A stretch of 64,000 nucleotides of DNA from Tubulanus polymorphus (lineage: Eukaryota > Animalia > Nemertea), in assembly GCF_964204645.1 (NCBI RefSeq), contig NC_134032.1:16170275-16234274 (forward strand). The letters are read 5' to 3'. This document shows, piece after piece, positions 14,268-30,941 of the stretch. Position numbers and translations under genes: made by a program. The notes under the pieces are model-generated. The model was not told the origin of the DNA. It did not search any database and was given only the letters and a program-made list of their open reading frames with translations. How positions within the stretch are numbered: position 1 is the first letter of the stretch; every line of letters begins with the position of its first letter.

Positions 14268-17200
14268 CATTTGTAATTTCAAAAACTTTGATTAATAAAA
14301 GATTTCTCTGAATGAATTTCTAATCGACGGGTCCCCCTAGCAACGACTGTCAGACATGAACATCTACTAACGATGATAATCATAACAATAATAATAATTA
14401 TTATAATTTACTTACGTCGGTAAAAATGGTAGATAATTAGAGGGTCCTAACAGAAGGTACGAAATGCTTATAGCTACATTTCCGAGTAGCATTAAATGTA
14501 TATTCAATTTCTGAAATTAGAAAGAATTTGATATTTTTTATTACAACAATTCAGGATCCGCGGAACTGTGAACGGACTGGATCCGGGATGTTATCAACGT
14601 CTGTCCGTGTTTTTAATTTATACGCACCCATTTGTCGCCTAGAAATCCCCAGACAGGAGCCGTGAACGCGTAGATACCGGGAGCCACCAGGAAACACAGG
14701 CCAACCAGCGAGTGAGGTAAATTAAACTGTAACAAAAGAGAGAGAGAATAAAACAATTAAAATATTTACACCTTCACTGAGTTCAGAAAGTGGAAATTCA
14801 ACTGTTTTTAAATCTTATACTGCGAAATTGAACTTGTCTATGAAAAAATCGTAACGAGAAGATGATTACAGAAATTAGTGACCGCTTCACTACTGTTGAA
14901 GACTTAACCAAATGATGACTTACACTTAGTGAATTGAATTAGAAATACAAATTGAGACTCAAAAATAGAGATGACTTCAGTAATGTGACGACTTATCCAA
15001 ATGATGACTTACACTTAGTGAATTGAATTAGAAATACAAATTGAGACTCAAAAAATAGAGATGACTTCAGTAATGTGACGACTTGTCCAAATGATGACTT
15101 ACACTTAGTAAACTGAATTAGAAATACAAATTGAGACTCAAAAATAGAGATGACTTCAGTAATGTGACGACTTATCCAAATGATGACAGTAAATTGAATT
15201 AGAAATACAAATTGAAACTGAAAAAATCAGTAACTTCAGTAATTCGACGTACTACCAGAGAGTTTGATCGAATAAGAGAATGTATCTCTAACGTCGCGCT
15301 GAGGAATCCTAGAGCTATAAGGGAACGGAGGAAGGGGTAGGGGGTAGGAGGACGGGGGTAGGGGGACGGGGGTAGGGGGTCGGAGGACGGGGGTAGGGGA
15401 TACTTACCGGTTCTAGATGTATCTCTAACGTCGGTTCGAGGAATCCTAGCGCTATCGCGTCGATTATAATAATACCACATATCAGTATAACAGACATATG
15501 TTTCAGTAAGGCAAACACGCTGTTCTCTCGCTTCTCATTATTATCTAGAAATAATTCATAAAATAAAATAATCAATCGTTTTAAAATATTGTTGAGGTTA
15601 AATTGAAAGTGTGTGATTTTATTTGAATTTATACCAGGCATCTGCGGTAAGGTGAAGATGGAGATTAAACCACATATACACATTAATGTTCCCATAATTA
15701 TAAACGGCAACTTAAAACCACCGACCTGAAATAGAGAAATAATACAGCATTACAACATAACAGGGACTTTACCGCGACTCTACCGGGACTCAACTGGGAC
15801 TCTACCAGGACTCTACAGGGACTCTACAGGCACTCTACCGGGACTCTACAGGGACTCTACTGGGACTCTACAGGGACTCTACCGGGACTCTACCGGGACT
15901 CTACAGGGACTATACAGGGACTCTCTACCGGGACTCTAGGGACTCTACAGGGACTCAACCGGGACTCTACCGGGACTCTAACGGGACAGTCCCGGGTGGG
16001 ACACTACATGGACTCTACCGGGACTCTACCGGGATTCTACAGGCACTCTACAGGGACTCTACTGGGACAGTACCGGGACACTACTGGCACAGTACAGGGA
16101 CTCTACAGGGACTCTACCGGGACTCTACTGGGACTCTACTATCACGTGCACCTATGATGGAAGGTGAATTATTTCAGTTATTTTAACAAATTGATATAAA
16201 CAGTGAATACCTGATAAAGTAAACCGCCTAACGCAGGTCCGGCCATCATTCCGATTCCGCTAAATGTTTCGAGGACACCCTGTAAACAAAACCAAATAGG
16301 AAAATTTACCAGCACAAAAATCCAGCTCAGAGTCAAGATTATATCATGTTCTTTGTTTTAACTCAAGCGTACAATTTAATTTTACTCCTAGATTTTAACC
16401 CCTGATTAATTCTGAACTCACAACTGTGGAACTGGAACCACAAGAGTTAATTTTGAACTCACAACTGTAGAACTGGATCCAGAGTTAATTCTGAACTCAC
16501 AACTGTAGAACTGGATCCAGAGTTAATTCTGAACTCACAACTGTAGAACTGGATCCAGAGTTAATTCTGAACTCACAACTGTAGAACTGGATCCAGAGTT
16601 AACTCCGAACTCACAACTGTGGAACTGGAACCACCAGAGTTAACTCCGAAGCCACAGTTCTGTGGAACTGGATCCAGAGTTAACTCTGAACTCACAACTG
16701 TAGAACTGGATCCAGAGTTAACTCCGAACTCACAACTGTGGAACTGGAACCACCAGAGTTAACTCCGAAGCCACAGTTCTGTGGAACTGGATCCAGAGTT
16801 AACTCTGAACTCACAACTGTAGAACTGGATCCAGAGTTAACTCCGAACTCACAACTGTGGAACTGGAACCACCAGAGTTAACTCCGAAGCCACAGTTCTG
16901 TGGAACTGGATCCAGAGTTAACTCTGAACTCACAACTGTGGAACTGGATCCAGAGTTAATTCTGAACTCACAACTGTAGAACTAGAACTAAGATCTCAGT
17001 TCGTCCTGAGATTGTGAATTCGATACTTACGAACATAGTGGCCACACGTCCTGGGAAACAGTATGACGTAATTATAAAACTGGCCGTAGTGAACATCGAT
17101 CCACCGACCGCTTCTAATATCCGACATAGAAAACACAGTGCAATATAAACCACACCCTCCGGGCTTTCATCCAGAAATCTAGAAAATAAATCTAGACATT

Positions 17201-20200
17201 CAAATCAAATCACTACAGTTAACTTCGCTCGCATGATTCGAGAAATAAAAACAACTTCAAACTTCCAAACATCGGTTTTCATTTCCCGTCTCTGACTGGG
17301 ACCAATTCTCCGGCAGTCCGAAAACATCGGTTTTCATTTTCCGTCTCGGACTGGGACTTATTCTCCGGGAGTCCGAGCGGGGAGGGGATTATTCATCATC
17401 GATAATAGGCCCTAATTTTAGTTTTGAATTTCCTAATTAAGCGCCATCTTTTACTCCGTGTCTTACCCAAATAGAATACTGCAAACTCCGCACACGAACG
17501 CGCCTGCGCAGAACATGAAGTTGCATCCTATTTTCCCGACCTACAAAAAACATGACGTTCAAAAATTTCAGTTGAAAATGATGAAATTAGATTCGATGAT
17601 AAAAATATTATATTTCAAATTTCGCTTACGTAACTGCCGAATATCGGTGACGTGATGAAGATTACCAGTTCGTATATACCGAATATAAACCCCACAGTAA
17701 GACCGTTTGCACCTTTACGGGCTGCCTACAATTCAATACATAATAATCGAGTAATTCTTATCTTAAGAATGAAGATGTTGATTGTTGTTTTTTTTATTAT
17801 TATCTAACTTACAGGGGGCGCTGCAGTTGCTCAAAAGTTAGAGTTAACCAGTTGATAGTTGACAATTGAATTGTCACAGGGCCAGTTGCTGAAAAGTTGG
17901 TTAGAGTTAACCAGTGGATAGTTGACATAGTGACAATTAAAAGTTCATCAGTTACTATGGTATCAATCCACTGGTTATCTTTAACCAACTTTTGAGCAAC
18001 TGACCCCTGGTATTTATCTGCCGGTTATCTTAAACCAACTTTTGAGGAACATAGTATATAATTCTTTTTCGTTACAGATACGGAACTTTACGAAAAATCA
18101 TTACAGTCAAACTTGCTTAGAAGTTGAGTCTGAATTTGTATTTCTACTTCAATTTGGATCAGTCGTCACATTATTGAAGTCATTTCTATCTTTTAGTCTC
18201 AATTTCTTACCTCTGAAGGGAAAAATGGCGCCAAAAGTGAAAAACAAACAGAATTGCATAAATTAGCGAACGCCATGTTGATAATGAGTATTTTTTGTTG
18301 TCTCGTCAAACCGAAAGTGCTTCCTGTAAATAAACAGCGATCAAAATCAATACAAAATCGAAACTTTTAAATATTGTATTCAACAACGAAATTAGAATAA
18401 CACGTGGTTTCGGTTGTTCTTCCGCGGACAACTCGGACTCGATGTTTTAAAACTAATTCGATTGATTAGAAACTGTTATAATCAGAGCGCAGAATAATAG
18501 CTGGTTAGTGAATATACACATCACCTGACTGGTCACCACTACCACACCTGACTGGTCACCACTCACCACACTGACCAGACAAACTTACAAACTCCAACCG
18601 TCACTGCTGGTCTATGGTCTAGTGGTTAGCACGCGCGGCTCGCATGCCTGAGGTGTCGGGTTCGAGTCCTGCTAGGGTTAGGGTTACGGCCGAGCTAGGG
18701 TTAGGGTTATGGCTCAGAGAGCAGGTGCTTAGGGCTAATTCAATCCCTAGATGAGTCCAAGACATTTTGGTGGAAAATCAACTTCATCTGAACTTGATCT
18801 TAAAATTTTACTGATCATTTTACCTTTTTCGGACACACTAAACCGTCTGCTGCGCCGTGAAGCGATCGTTACAGACGGAATGTCGTCATCGATAATGATA
18901 TTTTCATTCTCCTCGGGTACAGCGAAATCTCTGCGTTCACGTTCGCGCTCTTCGTGTTGCGCCAGAAACAAATCGATATCGTGTATTGTAGGAACACTAT
19001 TTACCCGCAATCTAACCACAAAAAAACAGAAACTTTAGGCTAAACAAAAATGATACCTTGTTTCTCCGCAGCGGCCGGGTCATTTTTGTAAAATATGATA
19101 AAATTTGTAAACAGTTCATTTCTATAGCGGCCGGGTCTGTTATTGTAAAATTGATCACGATTTTTAAGAAAAGTAATCTATAGGGTAGATAGGCGGCCGG
19201 CCGGGTCAATATTTAAACTCAGCAGAAATAAGAAACAAAGTATCAATTTTTTTAGCCTTAAATCTAAATTGTTGTTATTTTGAATGCGAGTGTTATTTGT
19301 CAAGGATTGGTATTTTCTATTTGATAAGGTGATGTACACGACTGACTGTATCGTATCTACATCAATAACATCAATAATATCAATAATATCAATAATACCA
19401 ATAATATCAATAATATCATTATTTCTTTTTTTCTTGTTTCGGCCATCATTTCGACCAACCCATAAAATGTATTGTATGATTAACTATTCACTGTTTTTGT
19501 GAAATATGGGAGCGAATAAATTTTTTAAACTTTGAGATATAGAATTTTGCCGTAAGATGTCAAGGTCTTAAAGGTCAGAACATCAAGCGAATATCAATTA
19601 GTATCCCAGCGCCTTGTAAATAGCGGCGAACTCTCCAGTGTCTCGCAGGTTGGGTGCTGTTCTTTGAACGCGAGCATCGAGTTCCCAAAACGTGTCGCAA
19701 TATCGGTGTAATACTAACAATGTATTTACATAAAATCTGAATCATCATTCAATGATAAATTATCAGCTGATACACGTCATAAATTAGGACAGATTAGTAG
19801 CAGTTTACAGTAGTACAGCCAGCCAGCTGCAGCCTGCAGCCTACAGCCAGCCAGCTACAGCCTGCAGCCTATAGCCAGCCAGCTACAGTCTGCAGCCTAC
19901 AGCCAGCCGGCTACAGTCTGCAGCCTACAGCCATCCGGCTACAGCCTGCAGCCTATACAGACAACATTATACAGCCTGCAGCCCACAGCCAGCTACAGCC
20001 TGCCAGCTACAGCCTGCAACCTACAGTCAATCGCTAAACAAATTGCGACGCCACCAGAACCCTGGCCGGTTTTTAAGGAGTGACATTGAAAGAGTACAAC
20101 CTGGGTCCAGGCACTAATACCTCTTAGTGGAAATAGATATTCAAACATCCTTATATTAAACATATTCTAGAGACAGAATTATAAAAATGCGATCATCATC

Positions 20201-21250
20201 ATCGCGATCGACCGGGTATCGGTAGATAGGGTGGAGTCGATTGTAATTGCTTGTACCTGCCGGCTCATCATTTCGACGTTGTCGAGCGTTACAGCTTGGA
20301 GCCGGATTTTACTCCAATGTGACAGTGGTACAGAGTTACCTACCTGGTAGTCATAGCGATGCTGGTTTTCACTGTAGATCTATATAATTCCAATTAGAAA
20401 TAGATGTTGTCTGTATCTAGTATCTAAGTGCTACCCCTATAGCACTAGTCATGTGTGTGTAAGGCTATGTTTAACAGCAGTAAAACGAATGCTGTTGTCG
20501 TCACACATTGAAGCCTACATGTTAATATAGAATATACTCTGTTCTCTTCTGGCGCGATTGAAAAACCAGTTCAAAAAATAGAACGATAGTTTCTGAATGG
20601 AGGTAGACAATGTCCACAGTAGTTGAGTCGAGCTGCGGACAATAGCGGTACGATAACAAGCCGAGTTACCGAGGACTCAGTGTTCCGTCGGGTCTCGGGT
20701 TTAAAAAGGACAAAAAAAGAGTCTGTAATTTTGACCGCTGATCGCACCCAAACTCACTGGATTTACTTCGATATCCGATTTTAAAATCAAACCCCCTGTT
20801 TCGCTCCCGGCTGGCGTGGTGCGTTTGTAAGGGGACACCAAATCAAAAAATCAAACGAAATCTACCAACTATAAATAACAGGGTCAATTCCCTATTTTAG
20901 GATAAAAAAGAGCCACCTAATCTAGCGACCCGCGATTACTGGGGCGGGGGTCAGGGATGCTTTCCTGGAAGAATATGAAATTCTCGAATGCATTTTCGTT
21001 GCACACGGCAACTTGTAGAAAGTCTCAAGGGCGGCACTTGAAGCTGAGCGACTATCAACGGCACGTGCTGCATGCGGCGCGACACAGCCGCATCCGCTAA
21101 ATATCCGGGAGATAACTCATTCTAAGGTTGAATTAATCTGATATAACAACAGTTGGAACTGGATGACTCCATATCAGAACTCGTCAATGTAGCGGTGCGG
21201 GAAAAAGGTCGTACTTACTTCGTATTGCTATTTGCGTCAGGATCCGGCAT
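10778..21250 (-). CDS. SLC18B1: MFS-type transporter SLC18B1-like (vesicular polyamine transporter family), 15 coding exons, about 522 aa
   Basis: Hand-spliced exons (minus): 21250-21219, 19011-18824, 18323-18211, 17725-17630, 17540-17467, 17178-17031, 16279-16211, 15725-15635, 15544-15408, 14726-14628, 14510-14416, 13810-13712, 13602-13525, 11918-11825, 10933-10778. All are GT-AG with consistent phases. Peptides SLLAPFFPSEAARKGA, LCRILEAVG, FPGRVATMFGVLETFSGIGMMAGPALGGLLY and SFLGPVGGGYL match SLC18B1. C-terminal ERSPLV resembles an acidic dileucine sorting signal. The first exon is the least certain. Confidence 0.9.
12330..12371 (-). ncRNA. Minimal type I hammerhead ribozyme (family A), second copy, in an SLC18B1 intron
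   Basis: The 42-nt core is identical to 37512-37553 in reverse complement. It is embedded in an inverted pLTR-like fragment at about 12248-12415. Confidence 0.78.
14021..14265. repeat. (TAT)n microsatellite, intronic
   Basis: Long TAT tract with ATAATTATAAAT interruptions. Confidence 0.95.
14905..15245. repeat. Short array (about 4 units) of the same 89-bp satellite, in an SLC18B1 intron
   Basis: Unit near-identical to that at 51911-53350. Confidence 0.9.
15763..16140. repeat. 11-bp minisatellite (GGGACTCTACC/A)
   Basis: Directly visible tandem units. Confidence 0.9.
16404..16990. repeat. 38-41 bp minisatellite in an SLC18B1 intron
   Basis: Unit GAGTTAATTCTGAACTCACAACTGTAGAACTGGATCCA with higher-order variants. 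Confidence 0.9.
17815..18045. mobile_element. About 125-bp MITE family II, nested/partial copies (others at about 2547-2640, 5132-5258, 9425-9545, 50445-50490 and 51190-51305)
   Basis: Recurrent CAGTTGCTCAAAAGTTGGTTA...TAACCAGTGGATAG...TAACCAACTTTTGAGCAACTG palindromic element. Confidence 0.7.
18520..18712 (+). mobile_element. tRNA-containing dispersed repeat, copy 2
   Basis: CACCTGACTGGTCACCA units, then GGTCTATGGTCTAGTGGTTAGCACGCGCGGCTCGCATGCC...GGTTCGAGTCC, then TAGGGTTAGGGTTA. Confidence 0.75.
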
Positions 21251-22534
21251 GATGATGACAGATGGCTAACAAACATTCCCGCGCGGGTCCAAACGTAGAA
21301 ACCACTGAACTGCGTACAATAATCACAATCCCGCTGTAACTAGGATACAAAAACAAAGAATTTCTATGTTTCTGTTGAATTAGAGAAAGATGATACAATT
21401 AGATCAGTAGTTCACAGTGTTACCTGTCCGACACGGACCCAAATTCAATATCTCAGACACTCCACTGCGCGCCTAGTCTTCTGTCTCCGGCGTGTCGTCT
21501 CTTATAGACTCACTATGCTGGACATGTGGACTCCTAATTGGTTCTGCTGTAAATTGCCGCGGTCGATACTAGTACTGTACTAGTACTGTACTGCTGTTCA
21601 CAGTGCTGTACTTTAACGTACTATGCCGCGGATTTCACCTGAAGAGGTAATTACAATCACTTAATGTGAAGTGGACATTGGCCCCGAGCGCGCGTTATTG
21701 CACATATACCTGCAATCAGTAACAGTGTCGTATCTGCCGAATGGAAAACGCGCTGAGCTGATTCCGAACTCGCGGTTATTGCAAGATAAATGAATATCGC
21801 CGTTATTTCTACCGCTACTCTGAGTACTGAGCGATGCAGAGTGGTCCAACTGCTCACCGGCCCAAGTCATGGTCAGCCCCCCGGACCTGGGCGCTGGCTA
21901 AGTATGGCGTTGCCAATCGTGTAAGTAAAGCCCTAATGAGCTTAACTATTCTCTAAGGGAAACGTATGAAGCACTGGCTCAGTTGCTGTCGATTTCACAA
22001 CACCGTTGTTAATGACTAGTATATATTGGGGTTCGAGACCAAAAATATTTAATTCCGTCTATGGCACGCGAGGTATTATTGCGCAGACCCATCACTGATG
22101 TACTTTGCCGACACAGTATAGTACATACGTGTATTCACAATAACCTCATTTTTGATTCACAAAATACAAATAGGACTTAATAATTATACTTACTACCAGG
22201 TTTTGAAGAGTATATTTCTGATATAAATGAAGATTTAAATCATCGTCGTTTCAATCATCGTCGTTTCAATTATGGCGCTTGATCTCGACGAGGTGACCCT
22301 TCGTACGCGCAAGAAACTTTCCGATACGGCGTTGAATATCCCTTACGTATTTGCACATACTCGAGAATAGATAATCAATTCAAATCCATATTTATTGTTT
22401 GAAAATATATCTTTAAAACATTTGTATTGATAGTATAATAAAAGTAAGTAAGTAATTTTCTTGTATATGTCTATTTAGTTTGTATCGTCTAAATCTAAGG
22501 TTGGGTTAAAAAGGTCATATTCGGTGAAACCAAG

Positions 22535-23180
22535 ATGGCCGCGCCCACGATCGTCCAGTACGTCATAGTAAGAAGCGATTTAATATCGGTTTTAAAGTGG
22601 CCTACCGGTGCTGTCATTGCGCAGGCTTGTCACGCATGTTCGGCTGTTATCCATCTGTTTCACGACGACCCGAAAACTCAGGAATATCTCAACGATCTGG
22701 ATAGAATGCATAAAGTGATCTTACAGGTAATCATACACACTCACCTGCCACAGTCGGCAACGCGTATAAATTCAGTTTTATTCAAATCTCATAAGCGCTC
22801 ATCCGCCCGCAGATTTGCAATATAAAACATTATGATCGGTTTTTTAAAGCAATAAAGCAAATATCGGTTCTGGAGGTTGGCTTTTTGTTTTGAATGAAGA
22901 CAATCAAACCTACATTTTATCATTAGAATAAAATTTTTTCTATTTGCTTTATTTAATTCACTGGTTCAAGTACAATAAAAGTTTCTTGAAATATCTTTTC
23001 CCTTCGCAGGTGCCGGATGAAGAAAAGTTGAAAAATGTTGCCAAAAATTTAACAGAAGGAAAAATAGATCATAAACTGTGGATTGAACAGCCAGAAAATA
23101 TTGCCACTTGTTTAGTGACAAAACCGTATCTTAAAACAGATGTACAACAATATTTTAAAGGACTTAAATTATTTAAATAA
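22535..23180 (+). CDS. PTRHD1: Putative peptidyl-tRNA hydrolase PTRHD1 (PTH2 family), 2 exons, 120 aa
   Basis: Exons 22535-22726 and 23010-23180. Motifs VQYVIVRSDL, WPTGAVIAQACHA, MHKVIL, HKLWIEQPENIATCL and KPY are typical of PTRHD1. Confidence 0.93.
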
Positions 23181-24437
23181 AAGATGTTTTAGTTTCGTTT
23201 CTTTCTCTGATTTTGTGTCAAATTCAGCTTCATTTTGTTGATGCTGCAGGAAAGTTGTTTTTTCTCTCATCTATAGCTCTGTTCAAATAAAAATGATTCT
23301 AAAAATCTGGAAATTTTTACGGCGATTTTTGTTTTGGAGTCCGGTGCTTTTCGGGGCACAAACTTCTCGCGCACTAACCCGCGCATTCTCGATAACTGAA
23401 ATAAAGCGCACGAATGTCCGGTGGGCGTTCCGCGCAGTCTATAGAAAGTGGGTGACTCCGATAAGAAGATTGAGATTGATTGATTGATGTAAGATGTAAT
23501 TCGGTAAGAATGCAGTTAGTTGATGTAAATTGAGGTATGTAGATATTATGACCAGGTGCAATTGGCCACTCCTTCCGTTCCAAGTTCCATTTCAATGCAA
23601 TAAAATCTGTGACAACTCCTTCCAGGCCCGTCCACCTCGATCCAATCTCTTGAGTCCTGTCTGTCTAGTGCTCTACTCTATTTCTCTTCTGCCTCCCTGT
23701 TACTTCACTTCTCTCTGGGATAACACCGGGGATCATACCGATTTGAGGCTCTGTTCATAACCTAAACATCATCTAATCTAGAATAGAAATGCAATGAAAA
23801 CTTGTCATTGGTGAAAATTTGCTGCCAGGCCCGGCATTGGTTGCCAGATTAGACAGTTGGAGGTGTGTGTCAGGGAAATGAGCAGCCGGATTAGACAGTT
23901 GGAGGTGTGTGTCAGGGAAGGGAGCAGCTCCCGATAGATTTGTTGCTACCAGTACATGACTGTACGATGATCTCCACAGGTTAGCTGTAAGTGATGCACA
24001 ATATAGAGTAGAATTCTGACTTGCAATATTCGGATTCGAAACCAAAAGAAAAATATCTCATGTTAGATCAGTGTTTTACCCACTGAGCCACAGAACACAG
24101 CTACAGGGCCTGGTTGCATAGTCAAGGCTTAGACTTAAGACAAGTCTAAGACCAACTTAGTTATATAGCCAATCTAACAACTTAAGACCAATCTTAAGAC
24201 TTAAGCCCACTTTTGGACTTAGTCTCGACTGTGCAACTGGCCCCTGGTTAATGAAAGTTCATTTACATAAAGCATCACCTAACCCTAACCCTATTCTTTC
24301 ACGCATGCGTAGATCTAGTGCTGTTTCCCTCGTTACTGGAGCCAGTTTGAAGAAATAATTTTTCGCATTTCCACGGTGGTCCCAGGTAGCCACTTGATGT
24401 TTTAATTTTTGTAATTATTTCAGGTATTGTTACAACA

Positions 24438-25358
24438 ATGGCGCCGGTGTCTCCGCTCGACGCTGCACTCGATCGAGACGACCTACAACAGACTACCCCA
24501 CACGATTTCACCGCAGCGCCCCCTGGTGACGTGTTAGAGGAGTTTATATGCGGTTGGGGCGCCGCGGTGATCAACATTACGATAACGTTCCCGATAAATA
24601 AAGCGATGTTCCGCCAACAACTTCACGGAATCCGTTTTAAATCGGCGGTTGCTCAGTTACAACACGAGGGAACGCGTAATCTTTACCGAGGATTTCTTCC
24701 TCCATTGTTGCAAAAAACGTCGTCGTTAGCGATCATGTTCGGAATGTATAATCAATACGGTAAATTTCTGACGAATCACGCGCCTGATTTACCGATATTA
24801 GCCAATCAGGGATTAGCGAGCGCGATGGCCGGTTGTACCGAGGCCGTTTTAACTCCGTTCGAACGCGTTCAAACTTTACTTCAAGATCGAAAACATCAAA
24901 AACGTTTTCACAATACGTTCCACGCGTTACGCGTTCTACGTTACCACGGATACGGAGAGTATTATCGCGGGATGGTTCCGATCTGTGTGCGTAACGCCGG
25001 TAGTAACGTAATGTTCTTCACGCTGCGCGGACCGTTGAAACAAGCGTTGCCGGCGCCGCGTACATTCGGAGGTCACCTGATCGCTGATTTCGTAAGCGGT
25101 GCCGTTCTAGGAGCCATTATCAGTACAGTATTCTTCCCGATAAACGTGATTAAAACGCGTATGCAATCGGTCGTCGGGTCGGAGTTCCTAACGACGCGTC
25201 GAGTTTTCGCGATTATATTCCACGAGCGACACTGCAGCTGGCGTCGAATGTTCTACGGGGTTCACGTCAATTATTCACGGTCGCTCGTCTCGTGGGGTAT
25301 TATAAACGCCGCTTACGAGATGCTGAAAAATCTGTTCGCCGAAAGGAAGAATAGATAG
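24438..25358 (+). CDS. SLC25A51: Mitochondrial NAD+ carrier SLC25A51/MCART1-like, single coding exon, 306 aa
   Basis: ORF with three carrier repeats (FPINKAMFRQQ, TPFERVQTLLQ, FPINVIKTRMQ) and family motifs EFICGWGAA, LYRGFLPPLLQK and RSLVSWGIINAAYE. A splice acceptor lies just upstream at about 24423. Confidence 0.95.
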   Translation: MAPVSPLDAALDRDDLQQTTPHDFTAAPPGDVLEEFICGWGAAVINITITFPINKAMFRQQLHGIRFKSAVAQLQHEGTRNLYRGFLPPLLQKTSSLAIMFGMYNQYGKFLTNHAPDLPILANQGLASAMAGCTEAVLTPFERVQTLLQDRKHQKRFHNTFHALRVLRYHGYGEYYRGMVPICVRNAGSNVMFFTLRGPLKQALPAPRTFGGHLIADFVSGAVLGAIISTVFFPINVIKTRMQSVVGSEFLTTRRVFAIIFHERHCSWRRMFYGVHVNYSRSLVSWGIINAAYEMLKNLFAERKNR

Positions 25359-26745
25359 TCTACGTAGACTGTAGAGTATAGTCTACGTAGAGTGGAGATT
25401 AGAGACTGTAGAATAGTCTACGCAGACTGTAGAATACATAGATCTGTAGAATAGACTAGTCTACATAGACTAGCTACGACAACCGTGACGGTTGTCGTAG
25501 CTGGGGACAGTGAGTGGCGCTGATGACTAATTATTTCGGACCACACTTCCTGCTCGTAGACGATAGATTAACTAAACCAGTAATAATTATAAATCCTCGT
25601 GTTAATAATTCCAGGAGTAGTTGCCGGGGCGTCGTGTTTTTTTATGAGATTCTCTAAGATTTTGTTGATTAATAATGATTTTTATTAGTTTGTATGGAGA
25701 ATTGGTTGTTCTGTTTTGCCTGTGGGAGGGGAGGGGGAGATGAGGGGAGGGGAGATAGGGGTGAGGGGCTGTGTGGAGATAGGGGAGGGGGAGGGGCTGT
25801 GTGGAGGGGGAGTGGAGATAGCGGTGAGGGGCTGTGTGGAGGGGGAGTGGAGATAGGGGTGAGGGGCTGTGTGGAGGGGGAGTGGAGATAGGGGGAGGGG
25901 AGGGGCTGTGTGGAGGGGAGTGATTTAATTGATTAATATTATTAATGATGTTTTAAGAAATGTTATATATTTTCATTCGAGCGGACCAGTACGCTGTTGT
26001 GTAAAATAAAAGTTTGGTGGTGACTCGAAATATTGTTGTTCTTTTTTGTGAAAACCTCATCAGTCTGACTGTAATTCCCACACAAGCCAGGCAGGCGTTT
26101 GCTGTTAGATCAGTTTGTGTAATAGCCAGGGTCCTGACTGACCGAGTTCACACATTACCCCGGCTTGATTCAAGATTAGGTTGTTATCCCGTTTTTGCGA
26201 GGTTAAATGCGAACAAATTGGGATAATCTTTCCGATGAACAGTAAAACTTCTAGAGTGCACCTGCACTTTCAGCTGCTAGTGCTACTATTTAGTAGCTGA
26301 TCGTTGACTGTACCTTATGAAGATTGGGATTAAGACTATCATTTAATCAGGTCTAGAATATAACTTCTTTTTCTCAATCAAATACCGTTTCTAGTTTTTA
26401 TCAATAAAGTGCAAAATTGAATTCGATTGTATCGAAGTCCGGTCCAGCATTCCCGATCTGCATTCAGCGGCTTTTGCTTGGTCATCGTCGTATTTTTACT
26501 AAATCAACGCTTTTCGCAGATAAATCAGTGAGTAAAAACTGTTTCACGCGTTTAAAATGGTAGATTGTTTAATGTGTTAATATTTTGAATTCCAAATTTA
26601 CTTCAAAATTTGAATAAAAAACAGATAAACAGTACTCAATACAAATTCAATACAATTTTATTCTTCATGTCATTTCTTGGCGATTGTGATTTCATGTCAT
26701 TTCTTGGCGATTGTGGTTTTGATTTGTGGTATTTTACTTTCAGAA

Positions 26746-30273
<3,528 letters not shown>

Positions 30274-30640
30274 ATCCCGTCTGTTTCATCATTGTGTATA
30301 TAGATGGCGCTCCACGACGTGGAGTCCTCTCGTGTCTAATTCAAATATTGATAATAAATGTACTTGTATTTAATTTGTAACTGTATAAATTTGTTAGTGT
30401 TTCATTTATATCTGAAAGGATCATCTCGGTAATCGGTTAATCCAAATCTGGATTAAAGGGAACTTCCGAAAGGGTCAACTACAGTAATCTGTAAATCCAA
30501 ATCTGGATTATTATAAGAGGAACCTCTAATAGGGTCAACTTCAGTTAATTTGTTAATCCAAATCCCGATTAAACACTAATTTCCAGCTTTATCAGAGAAA
30601 GGAGATTTGAGCTACTCCTATTTGGCTCACAAGGTTCATA

Positions 30641-30810
30641 GGCTGGGTGGTTAACTTGAACATGCAGTCGGCTGGGTGGTTAACTTGAACATGCAGTCGG
30701 CTGGGTGGTTAACATGAACATGCAGTCGGCTGGGAGGTTAACTTGAACATGCAGTCGGCTGGGTGGTTAACATGAACATGCAGTCGGCTGGGTGGTTAAC
30801 TTGAACATGG
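30641..30810. repeat. 29-bp minisatellite, about 6 copies, between the PSMD14 and MRPS28 3' ends
   Basis: Unit GGCTGGGTGGTTAACTTGAACATGCAGTC. Confidence 0.9.
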
Positions 30811-30941
30811 AATCAATTTTTGAATGAATTTACCCTCTTGACTTAACGACTTGTAAAATGACAATTTCAAAACATAAATCTTATGATGAAAACAAATTTA
30901 ATATTGACGATTCACAAATTACAAACAGTTGTATGATTGTC

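Noticed and set aside
13980-14282. Poly-Asn ORF
   Set aside because: (TAT)n microsatellite within an SLC18B1 intron.
18609-18680. Functional tRNA-Ala gene
   Set aside because: A and B boxes are present, but the acceptor stem pairs poorly, the anticodon differs among copies, and it sits in a repeated element.
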